The notes under the pieces: generated by a model | The model's database searches: none | Told to the model about the DNA's origin: nothing | Seen by the model: the letters and a program-made list of their open reading frames with translations, nothing else | Assembly: GCF_009914755.1 (NCBI RefSeq) | Contig: NC_060931.1 | Strand: one strand, 5' to 3' | Length of the DNA stretch: 64,000 nucleotides | Source: the human T2T-CHM13v2.0 reference genome, Homo sapiens | Part shown: positions 55,511 through 64,000 of the stretch, in pieces | How the letters are laid out: every line of letters begins with the position of its first letter | Numbering within the stretch: position 1 is the stretch's first letter | Translations under genes and position numbers: made by a program

Positions 55511-57927
55511 TTATAGGACAGAAAGATGAGATGCAAATAGAACATGAGGAGAAGTGGGCATTACCTTGAGACAGAAGACTCAGAAAACAGGGGATCATAG
55601 CCACATCCTCCTTAATGTCAAGGCTGGATGTGAGGCTGCATCGCCCTCCATGGGGGAAGCAGCTTACACAATTGTATGTAGGCTCGTTGGGCCACGTGTG
55701 ATGAGGGCATCCTTGCGTGCATGCACACATGCTGGCCAAGGAGGGTGGGATGCCACAGTCCCCTTTGGATTGCCAACTGGACCTCTTATCCTGGAACTTC
55801 CCGCCCTACCTCCTGGTTCTTGGTCATTCTGTTTCTCCTGCGTGATCCTACCCCCCCACCCCGCCCTGATTGATTCAGGGATCCTAACTGGGCTAATCAG
55901 ATATCCTGCGACAAGGCATTTAGGACAGTAAATGGAGAGAGACACAGACTAGGACTTCTCTGGATCTCTTGGAAAGATCCACGAATTCTTGCTGCTGAGG
56001 CCTCAGGGCCAGTCTGGTTCCTTCCCTTCCTGAGTCCTGAGGGTTCAGCTCTTTTTGGAATTCCGTAAATGCCCCCAAATCCTTCCAACACATTGTTTGC
56101 TTGTTAAAAAAGTGGTCGTGTGAATATAAAAGAAGAGGGACGAAAACTGGATTCAGAAAGGCTGGAAATGTATCCCTTAATGCCTTTTGTCCAGATTTGG
56201 TTCAAAGGCTTCTAGCAGCCAGTGCAGACAGAGGAAATGCGCTATTACACGATTAATGTCTGCTAGAGACAAAAGCAGTCCCGTTGATCAGAAGTTCAGC
56301 TATTCTTGGTACCAAGACCAGACAGCAAGTTCCTCCCAGGGGCCTTGTGTAATGAACGAAGTCTTCATGACATCCCTCCAGTGGACACAGTGGCTTTCAC
56401 GGGGCTGTTTCTTCCCAAGACCCTCCAGATGGGCCGATGGCATTACTCACAGGCTCAATTTCATGAAGTTAGTTCTAGGGCAGTGGGGGAGCAATCTACA
56501 GTCTGGGAACCCTGATCCAGGAATAGATTTCAAGTACGGAGAAAAGCAGACAGATTTTGCCTCCTCCAGGCCAGCCTCATGCCAGGCACAAATGAACGGC
56601 CATCTGGAAGGAGCTCAGGGTGACCTCCCAGTCAAGTAACACCACAGCACAGAGACCTGGAGCTTCGTGCCTTATCAGCCATAGGGCTCGGGGAGGGATG
56701 GCTTCTTTCAGGGAAAGCCAAGGAGCTGGCCTCACTGATTCTCAAGGGCACCAACATGAGCAATTGCCCTGGGGACCAGGCTTGCTCTGTTCTGAACTCC
56801 CCATCCCAGGGGGCTTCTCTGAAGAAGCCATGCCCCCACCCCAACCTAATCAATCCTTGCCCTTGTGAGTAGCTGAGAGCCATGTCATAGCCTTCCTGAG
56901 CCCGGCCCCTGGCTGTCTACCCCGATGGTGTAACCGGGCTGTAACAGGCTCTGCCTTCTCCATAGTACCTGACAAGCCAGAAGAGTGAACCTGGGGATTT
57001 TCTACCAAGGACATTGAAGGGCCTTGGAAATACTCAACAGAAAAAGGCAGCCGAAAGGAGCCAGGAGTCAGGCCTGTCTTCAGTGGCCAACGTCCCACCA
57101 TGTCCACCAACAATAAAGAGCTGCAGTGCCTGACTCCCTGTGTCCCAAGGGAGGGCCCAGGCCCCGGGTACACACGGGCCCCAGCAGGCAGCCCCAGGTC
57201 CCGCTCCCTTCGCAGCTGTCTGCACTTCTGCCATAGGAAAAAAGCAATTCACAGGCTCACTGAGCTCACAGACCACACTCAGGCCTGGAGGAAGGCGCAG
57301 ATGGCAGGCCCAGCCGGGGCAGTGCAGGCACCCTAGGTGAGGAAGCAGCAGTTTTAAGTTTCTGGAATGAGAGGTAGCTGAGGGGCTCATATACCCCAGT
57401 GTGTGGATTAGGGGCACAGGGGTGTGGAGCTATGAGTGGACTGTGGGCCCCTACCCAGCAATGAGGCCTTCAGGTACATTGCAGAGGATGATCAGGGGCC
57501 TCACAGTCTCTGCTTCTGAGCCCCAGCCTCATCCCCAGGACCCCTTGGGTGCTGGACACTGCCGGGGTGAGGCCTCCCGAAGGTACAGCCCCCACATTCC
57601 TCAGCCCGCAGCTGGAGCTCCTGCAGTACAGGAGATGGGTTGGGGGACTCACTCTCTGACTCCACCTGCCTGTCTCGGCCCCTGGCTTTAAGGAAAGGGT
57701 GGAGGGGAGTCTGGGAGCTTCCTCCTGTGCAGACCACAGGCCCCAATGGAAGGGGCCATGGCCAGGTTCAGCATGGGCCCCGAGGTCTAGCTCTTCACTG
57801 CGGCAGCACCCCATGTGGACACCAGCAGAGTCATCCCCAGGCCTGTGCCTGCGTTCCCTCACTGTGAGCACAGTGTCTGCTGGGACCCGCTGAGATCCAG
57901 AGGGGCTGGGAGTCTTGGATCCACCTC

Positions 57928-59089
57928 TGATAGAGGTTGAGTGTTTCTTCCCCGCTCTCAGGTTGAAATTGGATCCCCGGTGTTGGAGGTGGGGCCCCGT
58001 GGGAGGTGTTTGGGTCCTGGGGGCAGATGCCTCATGAATGGCTGGGTTGCCTCCCTGCGGCAGTGAGTCCTGCTCTCTTAGCTGGGTGCTTTAAAGACTC
58101 CAGTACCTCTCCCCTCTCTCTTGCTCCCTTGCGTGTGAGCTCTGCATACCCCGGCTTTCCTTCGCCTTCCTCCATGAGTGGAAGCAGCCTGAAGCCCTTG
58201 CAAACACCTTGGCAGAGATCACGACAGCAGGAGAAGGTCCAGCCTGGCCCACTCCATCCTGCATCCAGCCTCACAGGCTGGCTGGCTTTGCTCATTACCT
58301 GGGCGGAGGCCAAGCTAACAAAGGGAGGAATTTAGTTTATAGTTTAATTTGAAAGCAAGGATGATAATAGTACCTCCCTGAAACCAACTGTTCCTTGCTC
58401 AGGGACTGAAAACCAGCTTTGTGAGATGAATGAAAGACCACAGATTAGGATTATGGGAGGGGCCTGAACCGGGCTAACATGCAGGTGTAGTTTCTATGAT
58501 CTCGTACTGCTCTGGGGTCATGGAGCCAGAGGTCACAAGACTTGCAACTTCCCCAGTTGCTCCTGTAGATAGTATCACTATTTAACACCTAAGATTGGTC
58601 TTTTGAGATAATTTTTTAGACTTGAATTCTGGCAACCAATGGACCCCACCCAGACCCATGACTCATGACTCAGCTGACCCTGTGGCCCTCACCTAGAGGC
58701 CGACTCAGTGCTGGAGGCCCGTTTCCACACCACTGTGATCTCATCCCCAACCAATCAGCAGTGCCCGTTCCCTAGCCCCCTGCCCATCAAATTGTCCATA
58801 AAAACCCTAAGCTCTGAGCCTTTGGGGAGACTGATTTGAGTGATAGCTCCATCTCCCATGTGGCTGGCCTCACATTAAACATTTTACTACAATACCAAGA
58901 TCTCGGTGAATTGGTTTTATCTGTGCAGTGGGCATGAGGCTCCCACTGGATGGCTGTGCCCTCCCCAGAAGCAGATGCTGGCACCATGCCTCTGTGCAGC
59001 CTGCAGAACCATGAGCCAAATAAACCTCTTCCCTTTATAAATGACCCAGCCTCAGGTACTCCTTTATAGCAATGCAAAATGGAGCAACA
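57928..59089 (+). mobile_element. MST-type MaLR LTR split by an ERV1 LTR
   Basis: gtgttggaggtgggg...ctcatgaatggct...ggaagcagcctgaagccct | ccctccccagaagcagatgctgg...ccaaataaacctctt. Confidence 0.85.
58199..58958 (+). mobile_element. ERV1 solo LTR (LTR8/MER4-related) nested in MST
   Basis: Homologous to 41638-42372; TSD ccct at 58195-58198 and 58959-58962. Confidence 0.8.
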
Positions 59090-59489
59090 CCGCCTCCCAT
59101 CCTGGACCTCCACACTCAGCCATCTGTAGGTTCTCCCCATGCCTTCTCCAAGCCCTGCTACATCCCAGCATTCCCCAGCTAGCCCTTAAGGCTGAGCACG
59201 GGGCCTTGGCTGTCCCCAGGCATTCCTGGTGGCTCAACTCTTTCTTCTGCTGTTACCAACACCCGCAACTTCTGTTCCACATCTTGCCACCGCCCCAAAG
59301 CTCAGGTCTGGGAGCTTGACATTTTTTTCAAGATGTATTCATTTTTAATTACCAATAAGTGAAGCTAGTCTCAAAAAATTGGAATATCAGATAAAGCAAC
59401 ATTTTCCTTCCACCCATCCACTCCTAATTCTTCACTTAGAAGCTACCACTAGCAGTCCAATGCATGTCCTTTTAAAAAATAAAAAAGGT

Positions 59490-59580
59490 ATATATGTGTG
59501 TACACACATACATATATGCACATACATACACACATACATCTATACAAATCCAAAACACACACACACACACACCCATATAT
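59490..59580 (+). repeat. Mixed (TA)/(CA)/(TACA) simple repeat
   Basis: Direct reading. Confidence 0.85.
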
Positions 59581-61488
59581 GCTGTGTTCAAATTATTATA
59601 TGCATATGCTTTCTTCCCCCATAAATGCTTTCCTTACAGTCCCTTCTAGCTTTGATTATCTGTCTGTCTGCAATTCTGTCAGTTACTGAAAGAAAACAGT
59701 TGAAAGAGATTGAAAATCTAAACATAAATAACAATGAAAGATAGTGAAAAGGAGGAATACTTTAAGAAATTGATATGGTTTCAAAAAGAGATTTTTCCAG
59801 ACCCAGTTTCTAAAAGAACAGCTCATTTCCCAGGCTGAACAGTGGACAGCACCAAACCTCCCACCAAATGCTGTACTGAGCTGCAGCCTAGGCCCTGAGG
59901 ACTGAACAACTTCTCCTGCACCTCCTGGTGCCACTGCTGGGCTCCCAAAGGGACCCTCTGCCTGCAGGGACCCTCCTCCTCCTCTCCCCGCTCCTCCCTC
60001 TCACCCTCTCCTCCCACCCCCATGGAGGGCTCTGTGCAGGAGAATGATGTAGAGGGAGGCGGAGGGTGATGGTTCCTGCCAGAGCTTCAAGACCTTCCCA
60101 TGGGAGCCAGCTCACAGCTCCTACACTCCTTTGGGCACCCTTCCGATCATCAGGTTCCCTGTGCTGCTCTCCGCCCCGCTCAGAAAGCCTGCCCTGTCCT
60201 AACTGAGCACAGGCAGTACCATGGAGACAATCTCGTCCTTTCTTCTGAAGCCTGCTTGCCTCTGACTAGGAGCCCTTGAAGGCAGGAATCCTGTCTTTTC
60301 ATCCACCAATTCCAGCACATTCAATCTACACAACATCGCAAGTTCCCCAACAAGGCAAACTGCGGACACATCCTCCTTCTCTTTGACAAATCCCACCTGT
60401 GTGACGTGGAGCCCTCACGCAGCTTTCCCATCAGGACGGGCCTGATTTCCTTCCTCTGTACAGCACTTTGATCCCTCATCTCTAGACGATGTTTATACAA
60501 GGAGATGGGGAAAGAAAGGGGCACCTTAAGGCTAAAGTGCACAAACTTAAAGGAAATTGTGACAACCCCACAGCCTTGAGTGAGGGGTGTGTGTAGAGCA
60601 TGGTCAGGACCTGCCCCCCACAACACACACACAACCCACAGGCGGGAGCACCTTCATTTGTTTTATGTAGAAAGACGAAGTGCAAAATCTGTCCAAGAGA
60701 TAGATCTGCTCCACTCACACAGAATACGGCCACCATCCCCTCCACCTCCAAGGTGGTGGATGAAGTAGTGAGGCTGACAGAGACCTGGCTTCTCGTCCTA
60801 CAGCCACTGCTGCCTGATGGAAGAGTTCGAAGTCAGAAACACCGAAATTCCCCTCTTGCTGCCGCCTGGCCTTGCAGATATAAAGCGTTGCTCTAACACA
60901 CAGTATTGCCAGTCTTTCTGAGTAAAAGTCAGCCTGGAGAGAAAGGTGAACTATCCCAGGCCTCTGATGGTCAAGGACAAATTTGTTTTCCACATCACTA
61001 TCTTCCCCAATACAAATGTTCTAAGTCAGTAGAAAGAACTGGAAAGAATAGACAAAGGAAAGGAGAAAGTAAACGCCATAAACTTTCTAGTTCGTGGTAT
61101 ATTTCATATTATCATCGACGGCGCTCAAATGAAAATACCTTATCCTCAGATCACAAACACTAATGAACCTACGGAACTCTTTCTTAAACACTCACATTTC
61201 CTCCTTCCATTTCTCCAGCAAATCCCTCCTAGCTTCCATTCCCTGCTGCCCAGAGCCCCAAACAGAAAAAGTTAGGATTTGCCAGAAACAGGTGTAGTCA
61301 AACCCTCAAATACCAAACCACAGAGAGTGGAAGCCATATCAGGCTGACCAAAGCAGTATGGTCCCGTGGCCCCGGGTGAGGGCCTAAGCTTGGCTCCATG
61401 CCTGCAGTTTCCAGAGAAGGCTGGAGGCAAGTGTGTCATCTGATTGTCCATACAAGCTGTACTGTGAGTATCAGGATGTTTACAGTTA

Positions 61489-62094
<606 letters not shown>

Positions 62095-62580
62095 TTATCA
62101 TTGTCCCCTCTCACATGTGGGCCCCCCATAGTACCCTCCCAGAGAAACAGCCCTAAGCTCTTCCACAGAGGTAGCCACTGAATGGTCTGCAGGTAGCACC
62201 TGCCCCAAGGATGGCCCCTCACAGGCTGGCAGCACCACGTCCTGGAGGTCCACTGACCATCCTGTCCCACTCCTTAGAAGGGGCTTCCAGGAGGTAGAGG
62301 GGAGGAAGGGAAGTGGAGCTCAAAATGAGCGTCTCCCTCCTTTATTATGGGCCTGCCTGCCTTCACCTCTCAAGACCTCACGTCCATCCAAGTTCTGACC
62401 ACACAGGACTGCAGTCCTCTTGCCTGCCTATAAGATCCCTATGTTCCAGAACAGAGCAGGCCTGGAGCTCCATCCTGAGACCTCAGTCCTAGGTGATGAT
62501 GAATTTTTCACCTCCAAGCTGCTTCAGCATTTGAAAGACTGAGGTTGCCAACAGAAGTCAGGAGAAAAGTTCACAAAGCC

Positions 62581-62875
62581 AGCCGGGTACGGTGACTCAC
62601 GCCTGTAATCCCAGCATTTTGGAAGGCCGAGGCGGGTGGATCAACTGAGGTCAGGAGTTTGAAACCAGCCTGGCCAACATGGTGAAACCCCATCTCTACT
62701 AAAAATAAAAAAATAAAAAAATAATTAGCTGGGCATGGTGGCGGGCGCCTGTAATCCCAGCTACTCAGGAGGCTGAGGCAGGAGAATCTCTTGAACCCCG
62801 AAGGCGGAGGTTGCAGTGAGCCGAGATGGCGCCATTGCACTCCAGCCTGGGCAACAAAACGAGACTCCATTTCAA
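62581..62875 (+). mobile_element. AluS
   Basis: Dimer. Confidence 0.95.
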
Positions 62876-63031
62876 GAGAAAGGAAAGAAAGGAAGGAAGG
62901 AAGGAAGGAAGGAAGGAAGGAAGGAGGGAGGGAGGGAGGGAGGGAGGGAGGGAGGGAGGGAAGGAAAGAAGGAAGGAAGGAAGGAAGGAAGGAAGGAAGG
63001 AAGGAAGGAAGGAAAGAAGGAAAGAAGGAAG
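62876..63031 (+). repeat. (GGAA)n(GGGA)n(GGAA)n homopurine tract
   Basis: Direct reading. Confidence 0.95.
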
Positions 63032-63244
63032 TTAACAAAGCCCCAAACCTCTGAGACTCACTTCACCAATGATTTAAAATTCTAGTCATGGCTTAAAAAA
63101 TTATCAGACCCCATAACTTTAAGCCAAGGCACAGAGCTCATAGCAGACTTTGAGAAATATCTCACGTGCCCGCAGCCGTGTTCCTGCTGGATGCGTGGAG
63201 GAGCTCCTGCCCTGCCTCTGGGTGCCGGTATTTGGCCCCTGCTC

Positions 63245-63400
63245 TGCCACCTGCTGAGCCAACCTGGGCATGTTACTTGGTCTCACCGAGCCTCAGCTCC
63301 CTCATCTGTAAAATGAGGATGGCCGTGCCCTCACCTCAAGGGCTGCTTGAACGTCAGATGAAGCCGCGTGAGGCCAGGAAGCACACGGTGCGTGGTAAAC
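63245..63400. mobile_element. MIR
   Basis: gagcctcagctccctcatctgtaaaatgaggat core. Confidence 0.75.
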
Positions 63401-63479
63401 AGCTCTTGTCCTACCACTTGGGAAACTTGCAAGCAACACTGAGTGGAAAGGACCTCAGAGATGACCCAGTTCAGAAGCA

Positions 63480-63850
63480 AGAAGGGCGAGTAACTCGTCC
63501 GCAGCGCTCGCGGGGAGCCAGGACCAGGGCAGACGCGGGAAATACTGCCCTCGGGCGGCCGCGCTGTGCTGAAAAGGGAACACAGGACACCCCACAGGCA
63601 GCCTCGGTGCCACTTCGGGGTCTCTCTGTCCCACCACGGGGTGCGCTGTCCGGACCGCGGCCTGGGGACGTTCTTCCGCCACTAGAGGGCGGCCCAAGCC
63701 CCGAGCCCGCGGCCCCGGGAGGATAGGATGCCCGTGGCGTGGACCCGCGCAGCACAGCCTCCCCGCGCGGCCTCTCCAGCCGAAAGAGCCGGCGCCGCCA
63801 CGTGGAGGTGTAGGTCCGGCCTGGCGCGGACACCTTCGTGAGTGGGCCCG
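63480..63850. promoter_or_regulatory. Small CpG island-like element with a CTCF motif
   Basis: High GC with dense CpG; CCACTAGAGGGCGG at 63679-63692. Confidence 0.65.
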
Positions 63851-63897
63851 GCAGGAAGAAGAGTGTGGTGCTATAGGACCTTGTAACTCAAGCTAAG

Positions 63898-64000
63898 TTT
63901 TGAGTTTTTCTTTTTTTGTGTAGTTCTGTTTTTTGTTTTTGAGACAGGGTCTCCCTCTGTCGCTCAAGGCTGCAGTGCACTGGCGCAATCTCAGCTCATT
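63898..64000 (-). mobile_element. Alu (3' part, truncated by window edge)
   Basis: T-rich tail then gagacagggtctc...ggcgcaatctcagctca. Confidence 0.9.

Overview
Human (primate) genomic DNA lying inside PRKAG2 (AMPK gamma-2 subunit), which is transcribed on the minus strand. The window holds the 3' end of intron 2 (62023-64000), the 280-nt coding exon 3 (61743-62022) and about 61.7 kb of intron 3. Hidden in intron 3, and missed by the ORF track, is an alternative first coding exon (ATG 16588 to donor 16494, MKRFGSLRSNKKHKDQNRSTERRQSEPHGLF). It has the same splice phase as exon 3 and matches my recollection of the cardiac gamma2-3B isoform. Its putative leader carries two uORFs, one ending in an AUGA stop/start overlap with the main ATG. 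About 2-3 kb upstream sits a compound structure: a 49-bp VNTR, a MER9 (HERV-K HML-3) solo LTR inserted in its last unit, and a ~185-bp templated copy of upstream DNA inserted inside that LTR. The rest is repeat-rich intron: ~27 Alus or Alu monomers, L1/L2/MIR fragments, MaLR and ERV1 solo LTRs (several nested, with TSDs), hAT fossils, purine-rich microsatellites and a few CTCF-like motifs. Nearly all listed ORFs are spurious. Repeat subfamily names and many repeat boundaries were assigned by eye and are approximate.
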